Source of the DNA: Candidatus Aminicenantes bacterium
GTDB taxonomy: Bacteria; Acidobacteriota; Aminicenantia; Aminicenantales; UBA4085
Direction of reading: 5' to 3'
NCBI GenBank assembly: GCA_026393905.1
Contig: JAPKZH010000643.1
Span: forward strand, 1-38,922
Length of the DNA: 38,922 bases
A program made the translations under genes and the position numbers. Position 1 is the stretch's first letter. The number at the start of each line of letters is the position of its first letter. Of the stretch, positions 1 to 9,886 are shown in pieces. The notes beneath the pieces are model-generated. The model searched no databases, was not told the origin of the DNA, and was given only the letters and a program-made list of their open reading frames with translations.

Positions 1-508
1 GGCCGATGAGGATGTTGGATTCGTCCAGAAACGCTCCGAAAACACGTTTTTCCCCCTCACCTTCGCTAGGGCTTGAGAACAGGGTGATCCCCTCATAGGT
101 CTTCTCTTCCAGCTTCATGTCCTGCTTTTTGATGGCGGCTAATAATTTATCTTTGTTGTACTTCAGGTTCACGACGCCCACAGCCGAGCTGGCATTTTGC
201 TTCATTTCTCCGGAGACGCCGACCGCGACAAAAAAGACGTCTTTCTGGGGGTCAACCCCGATTTCGTTGATGATTTCCTGGTATTTCTGGTATTCCTTGT
301 TTTCCTTGATCATTTTTTGGGCGAAATCCGTCGTCATAGCCCCGTGGACATCAACCACGACCACTCCACCGGAATTCTTGGGCAGGAGCGTCAGCATATC
401 TTCCGCCGTCGCGGAGCCGGCTTTGGGGAAGGATGGCTTCTTGCTGCAGGCCGAAAAGACAGAAAAGATGAGTATTAAGCTCAATCCTAAAACTGCGAAT
501 TTTTTCAT
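1..508 (-). CDS. Lipoprotein of unknown function, running off the left edge (partial)
   Basis: Not in the ORF track; translated by hand: MKKFAVLGLSLILIFSVFSAC-SKKPSFPKAGSATAEDMLTLLP..., with an FSAC lipobox. SD AGGAGG lies upstream of ATG 508. The frame is open to the window edge. Confidence 0.85.
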   Translation of the reverse strand, partial: MKKFAVLGLSLILIFSVFSACSKKPSFPKAGSATAEDMLTLLPKNSGGVVVVDVHGAMTTDFAQKMIKENKEYQKYQEIINEIGVDPQKDVFFVAVGVSGEMKQNASSAVGVVNLKYNKDKLLAAIKKQDMKLEEKTYEGITLFSSPSEGEGEKRVFGAFLDESNILIG

Positions 509-636
509 AAAGCACCTCCTCTTTGTTATACGAAATTTCTTCCTGAAAGGTTCATTCGTAAATGACTATACCATAAGACCATCCGCAAGTAAAAGAGCTG
601 GATACCCCCAAAATCGCCGAAAGAAACGCCCGACGG

Positions 637-700
637 GGGGAACCGACGGGACTGGTTCCCCGCAGCCCGGGGGGGGCTGCGGGCGGCCTAAGCGCCGCCC
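637..700. repeat. Three abutting GC-rich hairpins in a divergent intergenic region
   Basis: GGGGAACC(637-644)/GGTTCCCC(654-661); CCCGCAGCCC(659-668)/GGGCTGCGGG(674-683); GGGCGGC(681-687)/GCCGCCC(694-700). Confidence 0.6.
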
Positions 701-827
701 GAACAGGGATGTCATTTTAATTATTACGTTGATATTAGAAATGTTTACGGCTGTAAAAATCTTGGTATTTGTTATATAAGAAAAAGGAAAATGGACAAAG
801 CTCTTGTAAGTCGCTTTAGGAGGCAAC

Positions 828-2156
828 ATGAATTTCGCGAGCAAACATCGGATCCGTGCTTTATCTTTAATCGTCGTTTTTTTGACTTTCCTCGCGCCGC
901 TTGGCCGGGCCCAAGAAAAATCCCCCTCGATATTGGGGATGAAGGAGAGGGCCGAGGTCTTTGACCGATGGCTCCGGGTCCGCCTGGACAAGGCGCTCCC
1001 GGAAATCATGCGCCGCGAGAATATCGATATGTGGATCGTCATCTGCCGCGAATACAACGAGGATCCGGTCTATCTGACCTTGGTGCCTTACTCGTCGATG
1101 TCTGCCAGGCGGCTGAGCATGCTCGTCTTTTATGATAAAGGCAGAGAGGGCATCGAACGGGTGACCGTCAGCCGTTACGGGATCGGCGATCTTTATAAGA
1201 GCGTCTGGAATCCTGAGAAAATCGAGCAGTGGAAGGGGCTGGCTGAGGTCATCAAGGAGCGGAATCCCCAGAGAATCGGCATCAACGAATCCCATACCTT
1301 CGCCTTTGGCGACGGGCTGTCCGCCTCGCACAAAGCCAAGCTGGTCGAAGCGCTGGGCCCGGACTTTGCGAAGCGCCTTGTGTCCGCGGAGCGATTAGCG
1401 GTGGGCTGGCTAGAGAGAAGGATTCCGGAGGAGCTCGAAGTCTATCCTCATATTGTGGCCATCGCCCACGCCATCATCGCCGAGGCGTTCTCCAATAAGG
1501 TCATCACACCCGGCGTAACGACAACCGATCAGGTGGTCTGGTGGATGCGGGAGAGAATCGCGGAGCTAAAGCTGGCGACCTGGTTTCAGCCGTCCATTTC
1601 CATCCAGCGGCCGAAGATGGGCGAGGCTAAAGACGGCAGGGTCATCCATCGCGGGGATCTCTTGCACTGCGACATGGGGATCAACTATCTCGGGCTCAAC
1701 ACGGATACACAGGAGCATGCCTATGTCCTTCACCAAGGAGAAGAGGAGGCTCCCAAAGGACTCAAGGATGCTCTTGCCCAGGGAAATCGGCTTCAGGATA
1801 TCTTTCTTGGGGAATTCAAGGAATTGAGGACGGGGAACGAAATCTTGGCGGCGGCCTTGAAGAAAGCCAAGGATGAAGGGCTGAAGCCGAGCATTTATAC
1901 CCACCCGCTGGGTTTTCATGGGCATGCGGCCGGCCCGACCATCGGCCTCTGGGACAAGCAGGGAGGTGTTCCCGGCGAAGGAGATTACCCGCTTTTTTAT
2001 GACACCTGCTTTTCCATCGAGCTCAATGTCAAAGCTTCCGTTCCCGAATGGAACAACCAGGAGGTCCAGATCGCCCTTGAGGAAGATGCCGCATTCACCC
2101 GCGCCGGCCTCTATTTTATCGACGGCCGGCAGACGAAGCTTTATCTAATAAAATAA
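828..2156 (+). CDS. Secreted M24-family (Xaa-Pro aminopeptidase-like) metallopeptidase
   Basis: Signal peptide (..PLGRA-QE); pita-bread metal ligands HCDMG, TDTQ, THPLGFHGH, SIEL, LEED; SD AGGAGG. Confidence 0.88.
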   Translation: MNFASKHRIRALSLIVVFLTFLAPLGRAQEKSPSILGMKERAEVFDRWLRVRLDKALPEIMRRENIDMWIVICREYNEDPVYLTLVPYSSMSARRLSMLVFYDKGREGIERVTVSRYGIGDLYKSVWNPEKIEQWKGLAEVIKERNPQRIGINESHTFAFGDGLSASHKAKLVEALGPDFAKRLVSAERLAVGWLERRIPEELEVYPHIVAIAHAIIAEAFSNKVITPGVTTTDQVVWWMRERIAELKLATWFQPSISIQRPKMGEAKDGRVIHRGDLLHCDMGINYLGLNTDTQEHAYVLHQGEEEAPKGLKDALAQGNRLQDIFLGEFKELRTGNEILAAALKKAKDEGLKPSIYTHPLGFHGHAAGPTIGLWDKQGGVPGEGDYPLFYDTCFSIELNVKASVPEWNNQEVQIALEEDAAFTRAGLYFIDGRQTKLYLIK

Positions 2157-2195
2157 GCTCGCGCGCGGGAACTCCAAAAGGACCGCCCGGTCTAT

Positions 2196-2975
2196 CTATT
2201 TTCCCCCGGTACTGAGGACGGCGTTCTTGAGCCCGGGCACAATGGCGACTTGGTTCGCTTCGGCCCGGCTGATCAAAGTCCTAGCCTCCTCGAGCCGCTT
2301 TTGCATGTAAAGGAGGTTGATCAGGTTGTTGCAGGCATTGGCGTGCCGGGGGTCAATCCGGATGGCGGCCCTGTAGTGGTCCTCGGCTTCCCCATAGTTT
2401 TTCAAGCGGAACAGGCAATTGCCGTGAAAATAGGCGTATTCGGCGGGAACCTGGGAATTGGCCTTGGCCAGCTCCGATTCCGAGTATTTGCTTTCCGCGT
2501 TCAACTTGCCCTCTTTATCCAAAACGATGCCTTGATAGACGCCTTTCATGCAGGTTGTTTGTTGCAAAGCGGCGCTCCAATCTTCGAGCTGCTCCGTGAG
2601 ATCGACTTTTTTGTCCAGCTGTTTTTCAAACTTTTTCTGCTGGACCCGGTCCACGACGCCCTGGAGACGGAGATATCCGGATTCCGCCGAAAGCATTTGC
2701 TCAAGGGCCTTGTCGAATTCTCCACGCTTATACAAAACTTGAGCCATGAAGAAATGGGCTTCGTGGTGGTCAGGGAGGACTTCCAGACAGCCGGCCGCTT
2801 CTTTTTCGCATTTGGCATAGTTTTCTGTCAGGAAATATTTCCTGGCTTTCTCGATCCGTGATTCAAGGGCCTTGTATTTGTTCAGGATGGTCGCATCGTC
2901 CGTCTGGCCCAAGGCCGTCCACGCTAAGGCAGCGCTCCAAGCCATGAGGCCAAATAACAAGATCCCCCTTCTCAT
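2196..2975 (-). CDS. Secreted TPR-repeat protein
   Basis: N-terminal signal peptide; TPR-like segments (HEAHFFMAQVLYKRGEFDKAL; YFHGNCLFRLKNYGEAEDHYRAAIRIDPRHANACNNL); SD GAGGTG. Confidence 0.8.
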   Translation of the reverse strand: MRRGILLFGLMAWSAALAWTALGQTDDATILNKYKALESRIEKARKYFLTENYAKCEKEAAGCLEVLPDHHEAHFFMAQVLYKRGEFDKALEQMLSAESGYLRLQGVVDRVQQKKFEKQLDKKVDLTEQLEDWSAALQQTTCMKGVYQGIVLDKEGKLNAESKYSESELAKANSQVPAEYAYFHGNCLFRLKNYGEAEDHYRAAIRIDPRHANACNNLINLLYMQKRLEEARTLISRAEANQVAIVPGLKNAVLSTGGK

Positions 2976-3106
2976 AGGTCACCTCGTAAAAACCGAAAAA
3001 TCCTCACTCCTATAAAAACCCATCTTCATTATAAATCAGGAGAGCCGGCAGATCAAGTCTTTGCAGGGAGCCGCCCATTTTCTGTACAATGAAGAGAGGA
3101 GGCCCC

Positions 3107-3664
3107 ATGAAGCCGACACCCTTTCAACAGCTCGTCCGCAGCCGGCGCAGCATCCGCCGCTATCTGCCTGAGCCCGTGGAACGGGAAAAGATCCTGGCCT
3201 GCCTGGAGGCCGCGCGGCTGGCCCCTTCGGCCAGCAACGCCCAGGCTTGGAGGTTTCTGGTCATCGATGACCCGAAGGTCAAAAGGACATTTGCCGAGAA
3301 AGCTTTTTCCGGGATCTATTCCCCGACAAAATTCGCCGCTGAGGCGCCGGTGCTCATTCTGCTCCTGGCCAAACTGGACTTCGTTACCCACAGGATCGGA
3401 AGGCAGATCCAGAAGGTCCCTTTTTTCCTGATCGATATCGGGATCGCCGGCCAACACCTCGTTCTTCAAGCGGAAGAATTGGGGCTGGGCACGTGCTGGA
3501 TCGGTTGGTTCCACATGAGAAAGACGCGGACATTCTTCAAGATCCCGCGCAAGTATAAAATCGTCTCGCTCCTGGCCATGGGGTATTATGAGAAAAAAAC
3601 GGTCGGCGAAAAAAAACGGAAGCCGCTCGAGGATATCGCCTGGTTCAATTCTTTCCAAGGCTGA
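3107..3664 (+). CDS. Nitroreductase family protein
   Basis: RRSIRRY, APSASNAQAWRF, LGLGTCWIG motifs. Start moved to ATG 3107, behind SD GGAGG. Confidence 0.9.
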   Translation: MKPTPFQQLVRSRRSIRRYLPEPVEREKILACLEAARLAPSASNAQAWRFLVIDDPKVKRTFAEKAFSGIYSPTKFAAEAPVLILLLAKLDFVTHRIGRQIQKVPFFLIDIGIAGQHLVLQAEELGLGTCWIGWFHMRKTRTFFKIPRKYKIVSLLAMGYYEKKTVGEKKRKPLEDIAWFNSFQG

Positions 3665-3782
3665 TCGGCAGAGGGTTGGGGCAGGTTTTTTCGGTCTTTT
3701 TCCGTCCAAATTCAAACCGATTCTATTCAACTGGCGAAAATTTTGTTTTTAGTTTATATTTCTCGGCTCTGCAGACTGCCGC

Positions 3783-4940
3783 ATGAAAGGCTCAAGCATT
3801 TTTATCTTCCTGGCCATCGTCCTCACCGTTTTTTCGCTGCTCAATTATTATATCATCCGTCGCGGCTGGCAGGCTCTGGCAGGAACGGGCGGCTTCCGGA
3901 CAATCGTTCTCGTCGTCTACGGAGCCTTGACCATATGCTTTTTTGCCGGACGCGCACTCTCCAGGGGCCGGCCCGGGAAATTTGCCGAGTCCCTATCCGT
4001 GGTCGGGTCCTTTTACATGGGGATCCTGATCTATCTTTTTCTTCTCCTGGTCTTCGTGGATGGGCTGCGCCTGATCGATAAGGCTGTCCCTTTTTTTCCG
4101 GCCGTCCTCCGGCAGCACGGCCGGCAGGCGGGCCGGGCCGCCTTTTTCGCCGTGACAGGAATCACTCTGGCCCTGACGATCGGCGGTTTTATCCAGATGC
4201 GATATTTCCGGGTCAAGACCATGGATATCGTGGTCGGCAAACGGGCCGGCGGGATCGAGACCCTGAACCTCGTCCTCCTGGGCGATATCCACGTCGGGCC
4301 TTTCATGCACAATCCGCGGTTGGAGAAAATCGTCCAGACGATCAACAGCCTGAAGCCCGACCTGGTCCTCATCCCCGGCGATATCGTCAATGAGGAAACG
4401 CTCCCGTCGGAGCTGGAAAAAATGACCGCCAGCTTCCGAAAAATTCGCTCCCGGTACGGGATCTTCGCTTCGACGGGCAATCATGAATATTTCGCTGGGA
4501 TCGAAAAGAGCTTGGCCTATCTCAAGAAGAGCGGATTCATCGTCCTCCAGGACGAAGCCGTGTGCGTCGCCAATTCCTTGACGATCGTCGGGCGCATCAA
4601 CCCCAGCTACATCGGACATACCGAACGGCGAAAACCCCTGAAAGAAATCCTGAGCGGCGTGGACCTCAATTTGCCGGTCATCCTGCTCGATCATCAACCG
4701 GTCCATCTCGAGGAATCTCAGATGGCCGGCGTCGATTTGCAGCTTTCCGGCCACACCCACGGGGGAGCGATTTTTCCGATCACGATCATCAACAACCGTC
4801 TTTATGAGATCGGCCAAGGGTACGGCCGCAAGGGGAATACCCAATACTATGTGACCTCCGGCGTGGGAATATGGGAGCCGCCGGCCCGCATCGGGACGAC
4901 GGCCGAGATCGTCCTGATGAGAGTGAAATTTCGCCCCTGA
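3783..4940 (+). CDS. Membrane-anchored calcineurin-like metallophosphoesterase (YkuE-like)
   Basis: About 4 N-terminal TM helices, then DIH, GDIVN, GNHE, H-QP and SGHTHGG motifs. Confidence 0.9.
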   Translation: MKGSSIFIFLAIVLTVFSLLNYYIIRRGWQALAGTGGFRTIVLVVYGALTICFFAGRALSRGRPGKFAESLSVVGSFYMGILIYLFLLLVFVDGLRLIDKAVPFFPAVLRQHGRQAGRAAFFAVTGITLALTIGGFIQMRYFRVKTMDIVVGKRAGGIETLNLVLLGDIHVGPFMHNPRLEKIVQTINSLKPDLVLIPGDIVNEETLPSELEKMTASFRKIRSRYGIFASTGNHEYFAGIEKSLAYLKKSGFIVLQDEAVCVANSLTIVGRINPSYIGHTERRKPLKEILSGVDLNLPVILLDHQPVHLEESQMAGVDLQLSGHTHGGAIFPITIINNRLYEIGQGYGRKGNTQYYVTSGVGIWEPPARIGTTAEIVLMRVKFRP

Positions 4941-5025
4941 GCAGGGCGATGCACCTTTCTGTTGCATAATGAAGAGCTGCGTGATAATTATTAAACAAAT
5001 GAATTGACGGAGTGGAGGGCGAATT

Positions 5026-6093
5026 ATGGCGCGAGAAGATATCTCCATCGAGCCTTTTCGCGGGGACCTGGAAAACCTGGAACGCATGGCCCACCTCTCG
5101 TGGCGGGACGAATATGGGGCCGCTTCTTTTCCAAATTTCTACCGGCCTGCCTTCCTTCGGTTTCTTTTCGACCGCATCAAGGCGGAGGAAAGAGACCACC
5201 TGATCGCCGCTTACCGGGGCCAGGAGATCATCGCCTTCCTGGCCAACCTGCCGCAGCGTTTTCATTACAAGGGCCGGATTTTTCGGGCGATATACAGCTG
5301 TCTGCTCGTGACCCGGAAGGAGTTCCTGCGCAAAGGAATGGCCATCACCTTGATCCAGGAGGCGCTGAAGATAAACCAGAAATACAACTATGATTTTTCC
5401 CTGCTGACGCTCGAGACCGGACACCGCTCGACCAAGATGATGGACAAGCTCAGGAGGGAGGGTCAACGCCTGGAGTGGGTGAGAAAGACGCATGTCATCG
5501 CCCGCATCCTGGACTTGGGCCGCGTCAACTATTCAGAAGGCTTGAAGGGATGGGAAAAAAGCGCCATCAAACTTTTGGGAAGCCACAGGCCTCCCAAAGC
5601 GAAGCCGGGAGTCGCCCTACGGGAATACAAGGCGGAAGACGTTGGCCAGTGCCTGGCTTTGCTCGATCGTTATCAGCAGACCGTTAGCCTGGCCCTGGCC
5701 TGGGACGAGAAGGAACTGGCCTGGGAGCTGGATTATCCGGGTGTTTCCAAGACTCTTGTCTATGAGAAAGAAGGACGCATCCAGGGGATGATCAATTTTA
5801 TTTGGCACGAGCATCTCGGCAAAACCAAGGAAATGTGGGCCTGGATCAACCATGTCGCCTACCCGGAGCTTTCCGGAAAAGAGCGCTTCGGATTCGTCCA
5901 GGCATTCTTAAAATATTGCCGAGAGGCCGGCTGCGTGGGCACGATCGAATGGGCCAGGAAATACTACCCCCTGGGGCCTTTTTACCGCTCGCGGTTCTTC
6001 CCCTATTTTCGCGCGGTGAACCTCGTGAGTTGGACGTTCAACCCGGAGATCTCTCTGGCCAACATTCCCGATGTCTATGAGATCCAGGTTTGA
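5026..6093 (+). CDS. Double-GNAT acyltransferase, N-myristoyltransferase-like
   Basis: GNAT motif A (CLLVTRKEFLRKGMAITLIQEA); second GNAT domain beginning LREYKAEDVGQCLALL; SD GGAGG. Confidence 0.7.
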   Translation: MAREDISIEPFRGDLENLERMAHLSWRDEYGAASFPNFYRPAFLRFLFDRIKAEERDHLIAAYRGQEIIAFLANLPQRFHYKGRIFRAIYSCLLVTRKEFLRKGMAITLIQEALKINQKYNYDFSLLTLETGHRSTKMMDKLRREGQRLEWVRKTHVIARILDLGRVNYSEGLKGWEKSAIKLLGSHRPPKAKPGVALREYKAEDVGQCLALLDRYQQTVSLALAWDEKELAWELDYPGVSKTLVYEKEGRIQGMINFIWHEHLGKTKEMWAWINHVAYPELSGKERFGFVQAFLKYCREAGCVGTIEWARKYYPLGPFYRSRFFPYFRAVNLVSWTFNPEISLANIPDVYEIQV

Positions 6094-6215
6094 AAAATAT
6101 TCAAATAAAACCATCCTATCATGGCCGGGCACCGGGCGCCGCGGCCACCTCACCAGTTCTAAAAAGCTCACTTTTTTGAGATGAAAAAGGAAGATTTTTT
6201 CTAGGAGGGCGAGGC

Positions 6216-8792
6216 ATGATGAAGATAAAACTGGTTTTGATAGCTCTGGGAATGTGCCTGGTCGGCCCTCAGAATATTTTTTCTCAAACGGGATTGATCC
6301 CTCGCTTTGAGCTGGAGCCGTGCGAGATAGGGCTCGAGCGCCCGGCCCAGCCCAATACCTATTTTGACAAGGTCGGCCGGAAGTTCGCCATCCTGGGTTA
6401 TGAGAGCGGCGCTTTCGAGGCCTGGGCTTATCCGCTCAAGCTCGTCCGCAATTTCGAGCTTTCATTTCTGATTGGCTCGAGCACGCGGCCGATCTCAGCC
6501 AAAGAGATCGTCCGCTATGTGTCGGCAACCCCGGCCGCGACGACTTTGACCTATACCTTCCAGTCGTTCACGGTCAAAGCCGTTTTTATCACGTCCATTG
6601 AGGAGCCGGGCGCCCTCATCCTGCTCGCCGTCGACACGACCGAGCCCTTGACCATTGTCTGCAGCTTTCTCGCCGTGCTCCAGCCGATGTGGCCGGCCGG
6701 AATCGGGGGGCAGTATGCTTACTGGGACAACGGGCTCAAGGCGTATCTCATTTCCGAGCCGACCCGGAAAAATCACGGCACCATTGGCTCACCGGCGGCG
6801 CAGGGCATTTCCTACACGCCGGCCCACATGCTCTCGGATTCCCCGAACGAGTTCAAGATCGTTATCGAAAACAAGGACGCCGTCAAGGGCAAATACATCC
6901 CGATCGTCCTGGCCGGCGGCAAAGGGAAACGCGAGGAGGTCCGGAAAACCTACGAGAATCTGGCGGCCAATCCGGAAGCTCAATACAGGGCTGCCGTTGA
7001 GCACTACCGAAAGCTCGAGCAAGACACCCTCCGGGTGCGAACGCCGGATAAAAAAATGAACCTGGCCTTCGCCTGGGCCAAGGTCGCTTACGATAATTTG
7101 ATGGTCGACAATCCCGACCTGGGCAAAGGGCTTGTCGCTGGGCTGGGAACCTCGGGGAGTGGCGGCCGGCCCGGCTTCGGCTGGTTTTTCGGCGGCGACG
7201 CCTTTATGAATTCCCTGAGTCTGACGAGCTACGGCGCCTTTTCCATGGTCAAGGAAGCACTGGTGTTCACCCAGAAATGGCAGCGCCAGGACGGAAAGAT
7301 GGCCCACGAGCTTTCTCAGGCCGCCGGCTATCTCGACTGGTTCAAGGATTATCCCTATGGCTATATCCACGGCGACACGACGCCGTTTTATATCGCAGCC
7401 TGCTATGAGTATTTCCGGCTGAGCGGCGACGCCTCATTCCTTAAACAAAGCTGGCCGTCGCTCCAGCGCGCTTTTGACTGGTGCCTGACGACGGATGGAG
7501 ACGGCGACGGTTTGATGGACAACCGCAAGGCCGGGCTCGGCGCGCTCGAATTCGGGGCTTTGACGGGCATCCAGACGGATATCTATCTGGCCGCGGCCGG
7601 GATCAGGGCGGCCCAGGCGATACAGCAAATCGCTCAAGTTGCCGGCGATATGGACTATGCGAAGCTGGCCGGCGCGCACCTTGAAAAAGCGGGCCGGAGC
7701 TTTCGTTCGAAATTCTGGGACGCGGAGAAAGGCCGGTACACCTATGCTTTCAATGCCGACGGCAAGCAGGTTAAAGAGCTGACGCCCTGGAGCGCCGTGC
7801 CGCTGGTGTGGAAAATCGGGGACGCGGAGCAGAGCGTCCGGACTCTGGAAAATTTCAACTCCGCCGAGCTGACGACGGATTGGGGGATCCGGATGCTCTC
7901 GAACAAGAGCAGTTATTTCGAGCCCCTCAATTATAACTACGGCGCGGTCTGGCCGTTTCTCACGGGATGGGTGGCCACCGCCCTCTTCCAGCATAATTTT
8001 TCGCTTCAGGGGCATGGGTTGTTGACGGCCGCCGTCCGCCACACCTTTGACAATGGGCTGGGCTATGTGACCGAGCTTTTTTCCGGCCATCAGAATATCT
8101 GGCCCCAGGAGGCCGTCTGCCACCAGGGCTTTTCCTCAAGCGGGGTCGTTTTTCCCTTCGTCCGCGGCCTGCTGGGCCTTGACGGCGATGCGGCGAAAAA
8201 GGAGATCGTTTTCAGGCCGCGGTTCCCGGCCGATTGGAACGATGTGTCTATCGAGAACTGCAAAATCGGGGAGGAGGCCTTCTCTCTGCATTTTCGAAGG
8301 CAGGAAGCAAGGCTGAGCCTGGACATCGTCTCCAAGAAAAATAATTCCTATAGAATGATTTTTGGGCCTGCCCTGGGCCTTGGGACCGAAGTGCGGGGAG
8401 CGCGTTTGAACGGCAAATCGGTGCGGCCCCGCATGGATCAGTCCCCGCTGGCCCAGGCCGTTCAGCCGTCCGTGGAATTGAATCTCACCGGCCGGGATAC
8501 CGTCGAAATCGATTTCGAGCCTACCGTCGAGCTTCTTCCGCCCCCCAACGAATCCAAAACCGGCGATTTCAACAAAGGGCTGAGAATCATCAAAATGGAG
8601 CGGACCGGAAAAGCTTTGATAGTCACCGTGGAAGGCCTGGCCGGTCAAACCTATGCCCTGACGGTCACCCAGTCTAAGAGGATTGAATCCGTCAAGGGGG
8701 CTCAGCGATCCGATGAGCAGCTCCTGATCCAATTTCCCCAAGGCCAGGATGGAGAATTCGTCAGACAGGAGATGATCATCAATCTCAGGTGA
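6216..8792 (+). CDS. Secreted (alpha/alpha)6 glycoside hydrolase (amylo-alpha-1,6-glucosidase/GDE-C-like)
   Basis: Signal peptide; RPGFGWFFGGDA, DGKMAHE, DTTPFY, DGDGDGL, YNYGAVWPF and ELFSG motifs. Confidence 0.8.
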   Translation: MMKIKLVLIALGMCLVGPQNIFSQTGLIPRFELEPCEIGLERPAQPNTYFDKVGRKFAILGYESGAFEAWAYPLKLVRNFELSFLIGSSTRPISAKEIVRYVSATPAATTLTYTFQSFTVKAVFITSIEEPGALILLAVDTTEPLTIVCSFLAVLQPMWPAGIGGQYAYWDNGLKAYLISEPTRKNHGTIGSPAAQGISYTPAHMLSDSPNEFKIVIENKDAVKGKYIPIVLAGGKGKREEVRKTYENLAANPEAQYRAAVEHYRKLEQDTLRVRTPDKKMNLAFAWAKVAYDNLMVDNPDLGKGLVAGLGTSGSGGRPGFGWFFGGDAFMNSLSLTSYGAFSMVKEALVFTQKWQRQDGKMAHELSQAAGYLDWFKDYPYGYIHGDTTPFYIAACYEYFRLSGDASFLKQSWPSLQRAFDWCLTTDGDGDGLMDNRKAGLGALEFGALTGIQTDIYLAAAGIRAAQAIQQIAQVAGDMDYAKLAGAHLEKAGRSFRSKFWDAEKGRYTYAFNADGKQVKELTPWSAVPLVWKIGDAEQSVRTLENFNSAELTTDWGIRMLSNKSSYFEPLNYNYGAVWPFLTGWVATALFQHNFSLQGHGLLTAAVRHTFDNGLGYVTELFSGHQNIWPQEAVCHQGFSSSGVVFPFVRGLLGLDGDAAKKEIVFRPRFPADWNDVSIENCKIGEEAFSLHFRRQEARLSLDIVSKKNNSYRMIFGPALGLGTEVRGARLNGKSVRPRMDQSPLAQAVQPSVELNLTGRDTVEIDFEPTVELLPPPNESKTGDFNKGLRIIKMERTGKALIVTVEGLAGQTYALTVTQSKRIESVKGAQRSDEQLLIQFPQGQDGEFVRQEMIINLR

Positions 8793-8977
8793 TGCTTCTG
8801 AGGACAGGCGGCGAGACAGCCCTTCATTCTAAACTCCCGGATCATTAATACTATTCCGGCCAAAAAAACGTTGCGGATGAAACGATTTGACCGCCGCCGC
8901 GATTTAATAATCGTGAGCCGAATTATGTTAAAATAGATGTTTAGGAGCCGGAGATTAACGAAAAAACATCGGAATAT

Positions 8978-9886
8978 ATGGCGAAAGGCGCCATCTTTCT
9001 TGTTTCTTTGATCCTTCATATTGCCGGCTTTAGCGTTGTCCTCCATCTTAAATTCACCTACAAGATTTATGACCTAAAGCAGAAGTCGGTGTCGGCGTTC
9101 ATCGTGCCCAAGGAAAAAATCGTCGCGCCGAGGAGAGACGGGCTGGCCGCCGGAATTCCTGCCGGGGAGGATTTAGGGGGAAAAGAAATCGTCGGCGGAG
9201 CAGGTTCAGGGGCCGGTCGAGCCGCGGTCGGGCAAAAGCCGGCGGAATCGAAGGCCCCTTCCGGAGGTCAAGCCGCAAGGCCGGGGGGAGCCGCCCCGGC
9301 CGTCCAAAGCCCATTCGAGGTCAAAGGGGAAATCAAGGAATCACGGAATTTTTCCTCTGGGTTTGGCCTGCTCATTCCGCCGAAATCCAAGCTCGACCTG
9401 ACAAAAACCAAAGGGAGTCTTGAGGATTCCTATCTTCCCCGGGACAAATACCAGGTCAGGTCGGACATTGATTTCTCCAAATATCTTTATCGAGGCGCGG
9501 CCATTTCAGGCACAACCGGCGGGGGAGGCCGGCCCGGCCGTCCGGGAAAGAAAGGAGCCCAGGCTTTTATCGGAGGCGCCGCGCCCGCGAACGTCCAGAA
9601 ATATAACTTTTCGCCATGGGCCAATGCCGTGATGAATCGGATCCAGAAGAACTGGTCGATTGCCGCTCCCGCTGATTTCGCCTGGAAGGGCGAAGTCGGG
9701 ATTATCGTGGTGATCGGGAAGAACGGGAACCTGACCTTGATCGAAGTGATCGCCTCATCCAAAATCGATGCCTTGGACCAGGCGGCCATTCGGGCGCTCG
9801 AGTTGAGCCTGCCCTTTCCGGCCCTGCCGGCCGATTTTCCCAATTCCAGCCTTGACGTCTACTTTATTTTCCAATATGGCTATTAA
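8978..9886 (+). CDS. TonB/TolA C-terminal domain protein
   Basis: N-terminal TM with S-x3-H motif (SLILH); G/A/P-rich linker; C-terminal 'RIQKNW...SSKIDALDQAAIRAL...PFPALP'. Confidence 0.8.
   Translation: MAKGAIFLVSLILHIAGFSVVLHLKFTYKIYDLKQKSVSAFIVPKEKIVAPRRDGLAAGIPAGEDLGGKEIVGGAGSGAGRAAVGQKPAESKAPSGGQAARPGGAAPAVQSPFEVKGEIKESRNFSSGFGLLIPPKSKLDLTKTKGSLEDSYLPRDKYQVRSDIDFSKYLYRGAAISGTTGGGGRPGRPGKKGAQAFIGGAAPANVQKYNFSPWANAVMNRIQKNWSIAAPADFAWKGEVGIIVVIGKNGNLTLIEVIASSKIDALDQAAIRALELSLPFPALPADFPNSSLDVYFIFQYGY

Noticed and set aside
117-779. 220-aa plus-strand ORF
   Set aside because: It is antisense to the lipoprotein gene (1-508), which has a clear SD and lipobox.
6117-6150. TATCATGGCCGGGC...CGGCCACCT as another REP-like copy
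   Set aside because: Too degenerate relative to the other copies to support.
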